Assembly: GCA_039024555.1 (NCBI GenBank)
Contig: JBCCQQ010000001.1
Location: 192,001 to 256,000 of the forward strand
From: Cyanobacteria bacterium P01_D01_bin.156
GTDB taxonomy: Bacteria; Cyanobacteriota; Cyanobacteriia; Phormidesmidales; Phormidesmidaceae
Direction: 5' to 3'
Length of the DNA stretch: 64,000 nt
The translations under genes were made by a program, and so were the position numbers. The notes below the pieces were generated by a model that was not told the origin of the DNA, searched no databases, and saw only the letters and a program-made list of their open reading frames with translations. This document shows, in pieces, positions 50,206 through 60,691 of this stretch. Within the stretch, counting starts at the first letter, position 1. Each line of letters opens with the position of its first letter.

Positions 50206-50730
50206 CTAAGCGTAGAGCTTCTCAAGAGGAATCCCTCGCTCTTTAGCGACTTCTGAAAATGTTCTGAGTGCAGCCAAAGCATCCGCTGCTGCTCGAGCAT
50301 TATTTAACTGGTTACCTGAACCCAGCTGCTTAGCCAGAACATTACGAACACCGGCAAGTTCTAAAACAGTGCGCACAGCACCGCCGGCAATTACCCCCGT
50401 ACCAGGAGCTGCCGGGCGCATAAAGACCCGTGCACCACCGGCTTCACCAGTCGAAGGGTGGGGTAATGAGTAAGACTTTGTCAGTGGCACATCCACTAAG
50501 TTCTTCTTACCATCGGCAACACCTTTCTTGACAGCACCGATCACATCACTTGCCTTACCAACACCAACACCTACTTGGCCTTTCTCATTACCAATGACCA
50601 CAATGGCTCGAAAGCTTAACTTCTTACCACCCTTAACCACCTTAGTAACGCGGCGAATTTGTACCACTCGCTCCTGCCATTCCGAGTCTTTCTCTTTACC
50701 CTTGTTGCCTTTACGACGTTCCTTTGCCAT
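50206..50730 (-). CDS. rpsE: 30S ribosomal protein S5
   Basis: [22 protein letters not shown]. Confidence 0.98.
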   Translation of the reverse strand: MAKERRKGNKGKEKDSEWQERVVQIRRVTKVVKGGKKLSFRAIVVIGNEKGQVGVGVGKASDVIGAVKKGVADGKKNLVDVPLTKSYSLPHPSTGEAGGARVFMRPAAPGTGVIAGGAVRTVLELAGVRNVLAKQLGSGNQLNNARAAADALAALRTFSEVAKERGIPLEKLYA

Positions 50731-50752
50731 GATTTAAAACCTTATTAGAGTC

Positions 50753-51109
50753 CTAGAAATCCAGACCAGCTTCACGAGCAGCTTCTGCTAAAGCCGCAAC
50801 TCGACCATGATACAGATTACCACCACGATCAAAAACGACCTGCTTAATCCCCTGTGCCAGAGAGCGTTCAGCAACCAGCTTGCCAACTTTCGCCGAGGCT
50901 TCCTTAGTAGCTCCGCTACCATCGCCCTTAGCATCAGCATCTAATGTGGATGCAGCAGCCAAAGTGTGATGTTGATAATCATCAATAACCTGAGCGTATA
51001 TATGATTATTAGAACGATAGACTGCAAGCCTTGGACGCTCAGCAGTACCTTTTATCCGACGACGGATACGTGCATGGCGACGCTGGGTAGATTGTTTACG
51101 CGTAGTCAT
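50753..51109 (-). CDS. rplR: 50S ribosomal protein L18
   Basis: [22 protein letters not shown]. Confidence 0.98.
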   Translation of the reverse strand: MTTRKQSTQRRHARIRRRIKGTAERPRLAVYRSNNHIYAQVIDDYQHHTLAAASTLDADAKGDGSGATKEASAKVGKLVAERSLAQGIKQVVFDRGGNLYHGRVAALAEAAREAGLDF

Positions 51110-51117
51110 TTCTCTAA

Positions 51118-51654
51118 TTACTTCCCTGCTTTACCAGCCTTACGTCTAACCATCTCACCGAGATAGCGTACTCCTTTACCTTTATAGGGTTCAGGGGGTC
51201 GAGCATCACGAATCTTAGCAGCAATGGTCCCAACTAGCTCTTTATCAATCCCGCTAACAATTACATTAGTATTGCTTTCCACCTTGAACTCAATACCAGC
51301 AGGCGGGTCGAATTCCACCGGATGGCTGTAGCCAAGGTTCATATTTAAAGTTTTACCTTTTACTGCAGCACGGTAACCTACCCCCTTGATTTCAAGGCGC
51401 TTTTCAAAGCCCTTAGATACGCCCTCTATCATGTTGGCAATCAAAGTACGAGATAAGCCATGATAAGCCCGGGATGTGCGTGAATCATTCTGACGAGCCA
51501 CAACTACTTCGCTACCATCCTGAGAAATGTTAACCCCATTAGGCAGCGTACGCGATAACTCTCCCTTAGGGCCTTTCACGACTACTGATTGATTATCAAT
51601 AGACACGCTTACACCCGAAGGTATAGGCACCGGTTTTTTACCAATCCGAGACAT
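51118..51654 (-). CDS. rplF: 50S ribosomal protein L6
   Basis: [25 protein letters not shown]. Confidence 0.98.
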   Translation of the reverse strand: MSRIGKKPVPIPSGVSVSIDNQSVVVKGPKGELSRTLPNGVNISQDGSEVVVARQNDSRTSRAYHGLSRTLIANMIEGVSKGFEKRLEIKGVGYRAAVKGKTLNMNLGYSHPVEFDPPAGIEFKVESNTNVIVSGIDKELVGTIAAKIRDARPPEPYKGKGVRYLGEMVRRKAGKAGK

Positions 51655-51716
51655 TTTGAATCCTTTCCTAACCGCCAAAAACGGCAGTGCAAACAACTAT
51701 TAATCGATTAGATGTA

Positions 51717-52118
51717 CTACCAGACGTAACAAAGAACTTCACCACCTACCCCTTTGTTGCGAGCATCTCTGTCAGTCATGATGCCACTCGAAGTAGAAAC
51801 AATAGCGATACCAATACCACCTAATACTCGAGGTAAATCTCTATAACTCGAATACACTCGCAAACCGGGCTTACTCACACGAGTCAAATTGCGAATAATA
51901 GGCTTCTGGGTCTTACCCTTGTACTTAAGGCTAAGAGTCAGCATTTGAACGACACCTTCTGTTGACTCTGAGGTGTCACCAATAAACCCTTCTTCTTGCA
52001 ACACCTTGGCAATGTTGCGAGTAACTTTGGTGGATGGAATTTGGACAGTCCTATGCCGCGCAAGATTGGCATTTCGAATGCGCGTCAGCATGTCTGAAAT
52101 TGTATCGTTAGACGCCAT
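51717..52118 (-). CDS. rpsH: 30S ribosomal protein S8
   Basis: [28 protein letters not shown]. Confidence 0.98.
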   Translation of the reverse strand: MASNDTISDMLTRIRNANLARHRTVQIPSTKVTRNIAKVLQEEGFIGDTSESTEGVVQMLTLSLKYKGKTQKPIIRNLTRVSKPGLRVYSSYRDLPRVLGGIGIAIVSTSSGIMTDRDARNKGVGGEVLCYVW

Positions 52119-52138
52119 ATTTCTCTCTCGTATAAACC

Positions 52139-52684
52139 TCAGCTATCCCGGAATGGCATTCCTAGTTCCTTGAGAAGGGCTCTTCCTTCTTCATCTGTCT
52201 TAGCGGTAGTGACAATTGTGATGTCCATACCGCGCACCTGATCCACACTGTCATAATCGACTTCGGGAAATATCAGCTGCTCTCGAAGCCCCAAGGTATA
52301 GTTACCACGACCATCAAAACTTTTGGGACTCACGCCTCGAAAGTCACGAATGCGAGGCAAAACCAAATTAATTAAGCGATTTAGAAAAGCATACATACGC
52401 ACAGAACGAAGAGTCACCATAACTCCCACTGGCATACCCTGACGAATCTTAAAGCCTGCGATCGCCTTTTTAGCACGCGTAATTACAGGACGCTGGCCTG
52501 TAATTACGCCAACTTCTTTAACAGACGCTTCCAGGGCTTTAGCATTTTGTGACGCTTCTCCTAGACCACGGTTCACAGTCACTTTGAGAACCTTAGGCAC
52601 TTCATGTACGTTGCTATACTCAAACTGCTCCATCAACTTAGGAACAACTTTTGTATTGTAAAAATCTTTCAGCTGTTCAGCCAT
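52139..52684 (-). CDS. rplE: 50S ribosomal protein L5
   Basis: [22 protein letters not shown]. Confidence 0.98.
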   Translation of the reverse strand: MAEQLKDFYNTKVVPKLMEQFEYSNVHEVPKVLKVTVNRGLGEASQNAKALEASVKEVGVITGQRPVITRAKKAIAGFKIRQGMPVGVMVTLRSVRMYAFLNRLINLVLPRIRDFRGVSPKSFDGRGNYTLGLREQLIFPEVDYDSVDQVRGMDITIVTTAKTDEEGRALLKELGMPFRDS

Positions 52685-52728
52685 TTTATCTTTCCTTTCC
52701 CTGGGCTTGGTCAGGGATAAATCTTGGA

Positions 52729-53070
52729 CTAATCAATGATTTCGCCTGTCTTTTTCAAGATGCGAACTTTTCGACCATCTTCAGTAAAAGTATGACCCAC
52801 ACGGCTCGCCACCTTCTCTTTCTTCGAATACAGCATCACATTAGAGCTGTGAATAGGGAATTCAGAAGTGACGATTTGTCCTGATTCACCTTCTTGTCTA
52901 GGCTTAACATGCTTAGTACGTATGTTTACGCCTTCAACGACAATCTGACTTTTCTTTGGTAGAACAGAGGTAACTTCACCAACTTTCCCTTTATCTCTAC
53001 CAGTGATCACTTGAACAGTGTCACCCTTTTTGATGTGCATTTTATGGCGCACAGGTGATTGACTAGCCAC
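52729..53070 (-). CDS. rplX: 50S ribosomal protein L24
   Basis: [23 protein letters not shown]. Confidence 0.97.
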   Translation of the reverse strand: MASQSPVRHKMHIKKGDTVQVITGRDKGKVGEVTSVLPKKSQIVVEGVNIRTKHVKPRQEGESGQIVTSEFPIHSSNVMLYSKKEKVASRVGHTFTEDGRKVRILKKTGEIID

Positions 53071-53435
53071 TACAGTACCTCCGGTGCCAGTGAAACAATT
53101 TTGGTAAAGTTACGATCGCGGAGCTCACGAGCTACCGGTCCAAAGACTCGAGTCCCCTTAGGATTATTATCATTGTTGATAAGTACAGCCGCATTATCAT
53201 CAAAACGTATACTCATACCACTGCTGCGACGAAGGTTTTTTTTAGTTCTCACAACAACAGCACGAACAACATCGGATTTCTTCACAGCCATATTGGGCAG
53301 TGCATCCTTAACAACAGCTATGATGACATCCCCAACACTGGCATATCGGCGATTTCCCCCGAGAACACGTATGCACATCAGCTTACGTGCACCACTGTTA
53401 TCTGCCACATTCAAAAACGTTTCTTGTTGAATCAT
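53070..53435 (-). CDS. rplN: 50S ribosomal protein L14
   Basis: [22 protein letters not shown]. Confidence 0.98.
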   Translation of the reverse strand: MIQQETFLNVADNSGARKLMCIRVLGGNRRYASVGDVIIAVVKDALPNMAVKKSDVVRAVVVRTKKNLRRSSGMSIRFDDNAAVLINNDNNPKGTRVFGPVARELRDRNFTKIVSLAPEVL

Positions 53436-53447
53436 TACTTAGATCCC

Positions 53448-53699
53448 CTACACTTTTTCAGAACGGCCTAAAATATCGGCAACGACCCAACACTTCGTAC
53501 GACTGAGGGGACGAGTTTCACGAATACGAACAATATCACCGGCTTTACACTCATTACTGTCATCATGAGCCTTGTACTTTTTAGTTCGTACAACGATTTT
53601 TTGATACTTAGGATGTGGGACGCGGTTTTCAACAGCTACAACAACTGTTTTATCCATCTTGTCACTAACAACACGTCCTGTTAATTCCTTAGTTGCCAT
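53448..53699 (-). CDS. rpsQ: 30S ribosomal protein S17
   Basis: [20 protein letters not shown]. Confidence 0.98.
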   Translation of the reverse strand: MATKELTGRVVSDKMDKTVVVAVENRVPHPKYQKIVVRTKKYKAHDDSNECKAGDIVRIRETRPLSRTKCWVVADILGRSEKV

Positions 53700-53713
53700 A
53701 ACTTTCTAAACTC

Positions 53714-53968
53714 CTATTGCTCACCACTGACTTCTGATACATTTTCACCAGTAGCATCATCACTGGTCTTGAGCTGACGCTCACGCTCAATAGTCATCAG
53801 CTGAGCAAGCTTACGACGAGTATGCTTAAACTTATGAAAGCCGGTTTCCATTTGACGAGTTGCTTGCTGAAAGCGCAGATCAAATAATTCACGCTTAATA
53901 TTTCCAATCTCTGTAGAAAGTTCGTCATCACTGAGCTTTCTTAACTCTTTAGCCTTAGACAGTGCCAT
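53714..53968 (-). CDS. rpmC: 50S ribosomal protein L29
   Basis: ELFDLRFQQAT; position between rplP and rpsQ. Confidence 0.96.
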   Translation of the reverse strand: MALSKAKELRKLSDDELSTEIGNIKRELFDLRFQQATRQMETGFHKFKHTRRKLAQLMTIERERQLKTSDDATGENVSEVSGEQ

Positions 53969-53971
53969 CCC

Positions 53972-54391
53972 TTAAGCCTCCAATCCCTCGCGAGCAATAA
54001 ACTTTGTTTTAAAAGGCAGCTTGAAGGAGGCCAGGCGCATTGCCTCACGGGCAACTTCCTCAGGCACACCTGTAATTTCAAAAATAATTCGACCAGGCTT
54101 AATAACGGCAACCCAAAATTCAGGATTACCTTTACCAGAACCCATCCTCGTTTCGGCTGGACGCATTGTTACCGGTTTATCTGGAAATACACGAATCCAG
54201 ATTTTTCCGCCACGCTTTACATAACGAGTCATTGCACGACGGGCAGCCTCAATTTGTCGAGATGTCATCCAGGAACACTCAGTAGCTTGAAGAGCGTAGT
54301 CTCCAAAATTGATTGTGCTACCTCGATGGGCCATACCACGCATACGGCCGCGGTGTTGCTTACGGAATTTTGTTCTTCTAGGGCTCAGCAT
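53972..54391 (-). CDS. rplP: 50S ribosomal protein L16
   Basis: [22 protein letters not shown]. Confidence 0.98.
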   Translation of the reverse strand: MLSPRRTKFRKQHRGRMRGMAHRGSTINFGDYALQATECSWMTSRQIEAARRAMTRYVKRGGKIWIRVFPDKPVTMRPAETRMGSGKGNPEFWVAVIKPGRIIFEITGVPEEVAREAMRLASFKLPFKTKFIAREGLEA

Positions 54392-54432
54392 GATGCTTAA
54401 ACAGGCTAAATAGCTAAAGAGAGATGATGAAA

Positions 54433-55164
54433 TTAGGAATCGTTTGAACGATCTTCAAACTGTTGACGACGACGGGGCTGACGACGACGGGGCTGAGTAT
54501 TAGCAGGTTGAGGCTTTTCTTCCTGACCAGGAATAATTTCACCTTTGAAAACCCAAACCTTAATTCCTAAAATTCCGTAAGTTGTCTGTGCAGTCTTATA
54601 AGCGTAGTCAATGTTGGCACGCAGAGTATGTAGTGGCACACGGCCTTCACGCGTCCATTCAGTACGAGCAATTTCAGCCCCATTCAAACGACCACTAACT
54701 TGAATCTTGATACCCTCTATTCCAGCTCTCTGTGCACGCTGAATTGTTTGACGAACAACTCGACGAAATGACACGCGCCGTTCCAGCTGTTGAGTGATAT
54801 ATTCTGCGATTAAAGCTGCTTCTGCGTCGACACGAGCTACTTCAATGACATTGATACGGATTTGTCGTGTATTGTCCTTCAGCTGCTTTTGCAAACCAGC
54901 CCTTAGGGATTCAATACCAGTACCACCACGACCAACGACAACGCCAGGTCGGGCTGTATGAACTTCTAAATCAATTTGATCAGCCTTACGGGCAATCTTG
55001 ATATCTGAAATACCGGCATTATTGAGTGTTTTCTCAATAAACTTACGAATCGTATGATCCTCTTGTAATTGAGATGGATACTGCCTGGCATCGGCATACC
55101 AACAAGATGCATGTTCTTTTGTAATACCGAGCCGGAATCCAATTGGATGAATCTTCTGTCCCAC
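54433..55164 (-). CDS. rpsC: 30S ribosomal protein S3
   Basis: [32 protein letters not shown]. Confidence 0.98.
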   Translation of the reverse strand: MGQKIHPIGFRLGITKEHASCWYADARQYPSQLQEDHTIRKFIEKTLNNAGISDIKIARKADQIDLEVHTARPGVVVGRGGTGIESLRAGLQKQLKDNTRQIRINVIEVARVDAEAALIAEYITQQLERRVSFRRVVRQTIQRAQRAGIEGIKIQVSGRLNGAEIARTEWTREGRVPLHTLRANIDYAYKTAQTTYGILGIKVWVFKGEIIPGQEEKPQPANTQPRRRQPRRRQQFEDRSNDS

Positions 55165-55206
55165 AGATCTTTACCTATAAAGAGCTAACAATGATGAGTA
55201 AACGTT

Positions 55207-55569
55207 CTAGCTAGAAGCACCAGGCGCAACAGCAATTGTGATGTGACAGGTTGGCTTACGAATCTGATAAGCACGACCTTGAGCGCGGGGACGATAGCGC
55301 TTTAACACTGGTCCCTGGTCGGCAAATGCCTCACTGATATACAGATCAACTGGATCCATACCATTGTTATGCTCAGCGTTAGCTACTGCAGAACGCAAAA
55401 CCTTGAGAATAGGTTCACAGGAACGATATGGCATAAACTCAAGAATAATCAACGCCTCTCGATAAGAAAGCCCACGAATTTGGTCAAGCACACGCCGCAC
55501 CTTATGAGGCGACATCCGAATGTAGCGGGCTACAGACTTTACTTGATTGGCACTATCAACTTCAACCAT
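55207..55569 (-). CDS. rplV: 50S ribosomal protein L22
   Basis: [16 protein letters not shown]. Confidence 0.98.
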   Translation of the reverse strand: MVEVDSANQVKSVARYIRMSPHKVRRVLDQIRGLSYREALIILEFMPYRSCEPILKVLRSAVANAEHNNGMDPVDLYISEAFADQGPVLKRYRPRAQGRAYQIRKPTCHITIAVAPGASS

Positions 55570-55580
55570 GGCTAACCTCC

Positions 55581-55859
55581 CTAGCGTCTCGCTTTTTTAT
55601 CACTCTTGACATGCCCGCGAAATGTACGTGTAGGGGCAAATTCTCCCAGTTTATGACCTACCATCTGCTCACTAACATAAACAGGTACATGTTGACGGCC
55701 ATTGTGAACAGCTATAGTGTGGCCAATCATTTGGGGAATTATCGTAGAAGCACGAGACCAAGTCTTGATGACCTGTTTATCTCCTTTTACGTTTAACTTT
55801 TCAATCTTTTTGAGCAAATGATCTGCAACAAAAGGACCTTTTTTTAGAGAGCGAGACAT
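55581..55859 (-). CDS. rpsS: 30S ribosomal protein S19
   Basis: [20 protein letters not shown]. Confidence 0.98.
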   Translation of the reverse strand: MSRSLKKGPFVADHLLKKIEKLNVKGDKQVIKTWSRASTIIPQMIGHTIAVHNGRQHVPVYVSEQMVGHKLGEFAPTRTFRGHVKSDKKARR

Positions 55860-55933
55860 AGTTGCGCCAGCCTAAAAACAATTGATTAAACAACAAAAAC
55901 AATGACTCTTCTGAACATCGTCAGGATTGAGTC

Positions 55934-56797
55934 CTAAGAATCGCGACCACCGCGGCCTCGCTTAGATGAACGACGACGACGACGAACGATTAGTGAAGTA
56001 CTCGACTTCTTCTTATCGCGAGTCTTATAGCCCAAAGCTGGCTTACCCCAAGGAGTGACCGGACCACTACGTCCAATTGGGGCACGACCTTCACCACCAC
56101 CATGGGGGTGATCGACTGGGTTCATCACACTACCGCGAACCTCAGGTCGTCTACCTAACCAACGTTTACGGCCTGCTTTTCCAAGGGTGATGTTACGGGA
56201 TTCAACATTGCCAACCTGACCAATAGTTGCATAGCATTCACGACGTATCATGCGGACTTCACTAGATGGCAGTTTGAGAGTTACATATCCACCCTCTTTT
56301 GCCATTACTTGAGCAGAAGCACCTGCAGCACGAACGATTTGACCACCACGCCCTGGGTACAACTCAACGTTGTGAACCGAGGTGCCCAGTGGCATCTTAT
56401 GAAGAGGCAATGCATTGCCTACTTCTAGTGGAGCATCAGGGCTCGAAACAACGGTAGAACCAACAGCTAAACCAGCAGGATGCAAAATATAACGCTTTTC
56501 ACCATCCTCATATTGGACAAGAGAAATACGAGCGTTTCTGTTCGGATCGTATTCGACCGAGAGGACCTCAGCCGTCATCTCACGCTTATCGCGCCTGAAA
56601 TCAATGATTCGATAAAGACGCTTGTGCCCACCCCCACGATGACGACACGTGATAACGCCACGGTTGTTTCTACCTTTAGCACGGTGAATAGAGCGCGTTA
56701 ATTTTTTTTCCGGCTTGCTCCGAGTAATTTCTGAAAAGTCAGAAACACTGCGCTCACGAGTTCCTGGAGTCAGAGGCCGATAAGTACGAATTCCCAT
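55934..56797 (-). CDS. rplB: 50S ribosomal protein L2
   Basis: [27 protein letters not shown]. Confidence 0.98.
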   Translation of the reverse strand: MGIRTYRPLTPGTRERSVSDFSEITRSKPEKKLTRSIHRAKGRNNRGVITCRHRGGGHKRLYRIIDFRRDKREMTAEVLSVEYDPNRNARISLVQYEDGEKRYILHPAGLAVGSTVVSSPDAPLEVGNALPLHKMPLGTSVHNVELYPGRGGQIVRAAGASAQVMAKEGGYVTLKLPSSEVRMIRRECYATIGQVGNVESRNITLGKAGRKRWLGRRPEVRGSVMNPVDHPHGGGEGRAPIGRSGPVTPWGKPALGYKTRDKKKSSTSLIVRRRRRSSKRGRGGRDS

Positions 56798-56834
56798 GAT
56801 TTTGTTCTACAAACTATAAGTACTAGAGTCGGCA

Positions 56835-57140
56835 TTAGACATCTGGGAAGAGTGGAATGCTATCACCCTCAGCAAGAGTAACCACTGCTCTTTTATATGT
56901 AGGCTTGTAGCCTATAAACTGACCAAGACGTTTTTTCTTACGAGGCGGATTCAAAGTACTAATGCCGACGACCTTAACTTCGAACAAAGCTTCTATAGCT
57001 ACCTTAATTTCAGTTTTGGTTGCTTTAGGAACTACTTCGAAAGTGTACTGATTATTTTCCAGATTCAGTGTTGCTTTTTCACTGATAATAGGCCTCCGAA
57101 TAATGTCGGGTAGATTTCTAGAATCGATCACTTTAGGCAC
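56835..57140 (-). CDS. rplW: 50S ribosomal protein L23
   Basis: [27 protein letters not shown]. Confidence 0.97.
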   Translation of the reverse strand: MPKVIDSRNLPDIIRRPIISEKATLNLENNQYTFEVVPKATKTEIKVAIEALFEVKVVGISTLNPPRKKKRLGQFIGYKPTYKRAVVTLAEGDSIPLFPDV

Positions 57141-57765
57141 CGTACACCTCCTGAATCTTTTCGAGAGCAGCGGATGTCACTACAAGCCGGTCAGCCAGAA
57201 CAATGTCATAAGCATTCAGATTTGTCGCCAGAATTAGCTTAATGCTTTCTACATTCCGCACAGAGCGGTAGACATTTTCATTTCTATCCGCTGTAATCAT
57301 GAGAACTTTCTGATCAGCAGCAATTCCCCAACGTCCCATTGCGGAGATAACCTCTCTGGTCTTAGGGACCGATAGCTGATCAGCAAAGTCTTGAACCACA
57401 ACCATGTCATCAACACGACTTTGGAAAGCAGTTCGCAAAGCCAAGCGACGCTCTTTGCGATTCATTTTGACTTCAAAGTCACGGGGCTTGGGACCAAAAA
57501 TTACACCACCGCCACGCCATAGAGGAGAACGATTCGAGCCAGCGCGGGCACGCCCAGTTCCTTTCTGCCGCCAAGGCTTACGGCCACCACCACGCACCTC
57601 AGAACGAGTCTTTGAGGAAAGCGTTCCCTGACGAGAGTTATGCATTTGGCGCAGAATAGCACGATGCACAATGTGAGCGGCGTTATCTTCTTTAGCAACG
57701 CTCATATCCAGAATGGCAATTCCCGAATCAGCGCCTTGCCAATCCTTTATCACACAGTCAACCAT
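57133..57765 (-). CDS. rplD: 50S ribosomal protein L4
   Basis: [22 protein letters not shown]. Confidence 0.98.
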   Translation of the reverse strand: MVDCVIKDWQGADSGIAILDMSVAKEDNAAHIVHRAILRQMHNSRQGTLSSKTRSEVRGGGRKPWRQKGTGRARAGSNRSPLWRGGGVIFGPKPRDFEVKMNRKERRLALRTAFQSRVDDMVVVQDFADQLSVPKTREVISAMGRWGIAADQKVLMITADRNENVYRSVRNVESIKLILATNLNAYDIVLADRLVVTSAALEKIQEVYGA

Positions 57766-57783
57766 AATTAATCCTTGGCCCCC

Positions 57784-58425
57784 TTAATTCTTCTTGCCAA
57801 CAATATTTGCAGGGGCAATGTTCAATAGCGCACCTGGCTTTCCAGGGACTGAGCCTTTCACTAGAAGAACATTACGCTCATTATCAACCTTGACGACAGC
57901 CAACTTACGTACCGTCACTTGTACATTTCCCAGTTGTCCTGCCATTTTCTTACCTGGATAAACTCGACCAGGCGTTGTGCCTGGACCAATAGAACCCGGC
58001 AATCGATGATTCTTAGAACCGTGAGTCATAGGCCCCCGCCTAAAGTTGTGACGTTTCTGGTTTCCGGAAAATCCTTTACCGATGCTTTTACCAGAAACAT
58101 CTACCAACTGACCGGCTTCGAAAATATCAGCGGCCAGAGTCTGTCCCAGTTCAAAAACTGAGCTATCGTCCACACGATACTCGCGCAAATGGCGTAAGTT
58201 GGGTGCACTTGACTTCTTGAGATGACCTAACTCGGGCTTGCTCAATGCCTTTTCTGCGACTTCCTGATAGCCAATCTGCACGGCGCAGTAGCCATCGGTT
58301 TGCTGCGTTTTTACTTGGGTGACAACACAAGGCCCTGCTTGAATGACGGTTACTGGCACAGCATTACCGTCATTATCAAACACCTGAGTCATTCCCAGCT
58401 TTGTTCCGAGAATACCGACAGACAC
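57784..58425 (-). CDS. rplC: 50S ribosomal protein L3
   Basis: [29 protein letters not shown] start at 58425 with GGAGA upstream. Confidence 0.97.
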   Translation of the reverse strand: MSVGILGTKLGMTQVFDNDGNAVPVTVIQAGPCVVTQVKTQQTDGYCAVQIGYQEVAEKALSKPELGHLKKSSAPNLRHLREYRVDDSSVFELGQTLAADIFEAGQLVDVSGKSIGKGFSGNQKRHNFRRGPMTHGSKNHRLPGSIGPGTTPGRVYPGKKMAGQLGNVQVTVRKLAVVKVDNERNVLLVKGSVPGKPGALLNIAPANIVGKKN

Positions 58426-58921
58426 AATCAATCTCCGACTAACATCTTCGCCGTCTACATACACAGACAGCGACTTAGGCTCCTTGTTTTTTCACAGCGG
58501 GAGCAATACTCAGACACATACGCAGATCAGCGATCAAAGTAGGTGTCTGAAAATTCAACCGTATTTGATTGAATGCTTTCTAGTGGCCAGGGAAATCACC
58601 ATTCTCTCAGCTTTCTGAAGTCAGGTGCGTAATAAGTAATCCTTTGAGCCATCAGTACGCCTTAGACTTAAGAAGCTATGAACATCTCAGTTTCTATTTT
58701 GACGGCGGTCTCTAATACTACATAAGTTTAATGCAGTTGTCCATCATTTCTAGAGATTGCTTATAAAGTATGGGGTGACTAGCAAACTCAAGAACGGCAT
58801 TGTAATTGACGTAGAAAGAAAGTCCTTGAGGACGTTTAATTATCGGGTTTTTATAAAATGTGGCAGACAAGAGCATTAATATAGGAATACATAGTTATTA
58901 CGGCACTATTGGCAGAGGCTT

Positions 58922-59395
58922 ATGGGATTACTGGTACTCGGCAATCGATTTGTCCGCGATTTAGAAAGCAATGGTGCATTAGCCGTGCGAGTGCCTTTAG
59001 AAGGCGGGTTCGAGGGCCGTTATCAAAGACGTATGCGAGCTGCAGGCTATGAAAGCCTACATTTGACGGCTCGTGGGTTAGGCGATTTATCTGCTTACCT
59101 GCAAAGTACCCATGGCATTCGTCCACCGCATCTTGGGAAAAAGGGCACTGGTCAAGCAGCTGTTGGGGACCGCTATTTTGTTCCACCAGTACTTGACTAT
59201 CGTCTTGAGCGTATGGCGGCCGGAATGAAGGGCATAGTCCTGTGGTTGATTGAAGGGCATATTTTATCAAGTCAGGAATTGGCTGTTTTGGTAGCTCTAT
59301 GTAAGGCTGAGCAACGGATTAAAGTCGTAGTTGAGCTCGGTGGGGATAGAGCCTTTAAGTGGTTTCCCCTTGAGGAAGCTGTACAGTCTGCCTAG
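58922..59395 (+). CDS. ndhN: NDH-1 subunit N
   Basis: PLEGGFEGRYQRR.RA.GY, ARGLGD..AYL...HG.RPPHLGK. Confidence 0.95.
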   Translation: MGLLVLGNRFVRDLESNGALAVRVPLEGGFEGRYQRRMRAAGYESLHLTARGLGDLSAYLQSTHGIRPPHLGKKGTGQAAVGDRYFVPPVLDYRLERMAAGMKGIVLWLIEGHILSSQELAVLVALCKAEQRIKVVVELGGDRAFKWFPLEEAVQSA

Positions 59396-59469
59396 ATGAA
59401 AGCTTTTTAAGAACATTTGTTCTACACTAAATCTGTAGACGTAAACATTAGCAGCATCAGTATTGGTGG

Positions 59470-60600
59470 GTGAGTTTTCCACAGAGCTCTTTAGACGCAC
59501 TTCGTTTAGGTCAATGGTTCAAGCTGATTTGCGGCGCTAGCTATCAAGATGTAGCCAAAGTAAGAAACTTAGCTTTGGTATATAGCCTAGCTGGCGCTGA
59601 TTGTATTGATTTGTCTGCTGACCTGGCGATTGTACGGGCTGCTCATCAGGGTATTACAGCGGCACGCGCCATGATTTCTGGAGTATTGCCGCTGGTGATG
59701 GTGAGCTTTAACGATGGGCAAGATCCCCATTTTCGTAAAGCCTGGTTTGACATGGGGGATTGTCCTGTCAGTTGTTCAAGGCCTTGTGAGATAGTCTGTC
59801 CAGCTGAAGCTATTCCACCAGTAGAATGTGTGGATACTCAGCCAAGTGGGCTGGGGGTAGTTGCAGAACATTGTTACGGCTGTGGCCGTTGTTTGCCCAT
59901 TTGTCCCCACGATGCAATCAAGGAGAAATCATTTCAGATATCTGTGGGTAAGGTGCTACCTATGCTGCTCCCTGAAGTGGATGCTATTGAAATTCACACC
60001 CAAATTGGTCGGCAAGAGGAGTTTTACTCTCTGTGGCGTCAGCTTACTGCTTATATTCCTGGGTTAAAGCTAGTAGCAGTGAGCTGTCCAGAGGCTCAAA
60101 AAACTGACAGTGTTGCGAGTTATTTTGCAGATCTGTATGAGCTTATGGAGCCGAAGCCACAACAGCTGATATGGCAAACGGATGGACGTTCTATGAGTGG
60201 CGACATTGGTCGAGGAACAACCCACACCACTATTCATTTAGCACAAAAGGTCTTAAACGCTGGTTTACCTGGCTATGTTCAACTAGCGGGCGGCACAAAT
60301 GACTATACAGTGACTAAGTTGCGATCGCTCAATTTGCTCAAACACAGGCATTCGCCACACCATACATACAATTCGCCACATATCCACGGGGTGGCATATG
60401 GCAGCTATGCGCGAAAGCTGGTAGACGTAGGGAATGAGCCCTTAGAAAATCAGCCTGAAAAGCTTTGGCAGAAAGTCAGCATCGCCTCCGCTTTAGTCAG
60501 TCAAATTAAGCCTGGTGTTCAGCAGTCAACTGGAATTGCAACATTTTTACATGAATATGGTTGTGATGCAGGAGGTACCCCAATGGAACTGCCTCCGTAA
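59470..60600 (+). CDS. ldpA: Circadian input Fe-S protein LdpA
   Basis: WFKLICGAS, PHFRKA, C...C.RPCE.VCP, CYGCGRC...CP, WQTDGR.MSGDIG, QLAGGTN. Confidence 0.93.
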   Translation: MSFPQSSLDALRLGQWFKLICGASYQDVAKVRNLALVYSLAGADCIDLSADLAIVRAAHQGITAARAMISGVLPLVMVSFNDGQDPHFRKAWFDMGDCPVSCSRPCEIVCPAEAIPPVECVDTQPSGLGVVAEHCYGCGRCLPICPHDAIKEKSFQISVGKVLPMLLPEVDAIEIHTQIGRQEEFYSLWRQLTAYIPGLKLVAVSCPEAQKTDSVASYFADLYELMEPKPQQLIWQTDGRSMSGDIGRGTTHTTIHLAQKVLNAGLPGYVQLAGGTNDYTVTKLRSLNLLKHRHSPHHTYNSPHIHGVAYGSYARKLVDVGNEPLENQPEKLWQKVSIASALVSQIKPGVQQSTGIATFLHEYGCDAGGTPMELPP

Positions 60601-60691
60601 CATTGGGGTAACAGCTTTGGGGAACTTAAAGCTGCTTAAAACAACACCGATTTATGCCTGTCAATAAATTCTGTGCCTTATTTTCAACTCT

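Noticed and set aside
54465..54496. 15-bp duplication (QPRRR x2) in the rpsC tail
   Set aside because: Lies in the low-complexity, variable C-terminus of S3
49724..58425. Absence of rpsJ, rpsN and rpmD from the S10/spc cluster
   Set aside because: This is the normal cyanobacterial arrangement
24129..60600. labA and ldpA as a circadian cluster
   Set aside because: 35 kb apart with unrelated genes between; each is in an ordinary context
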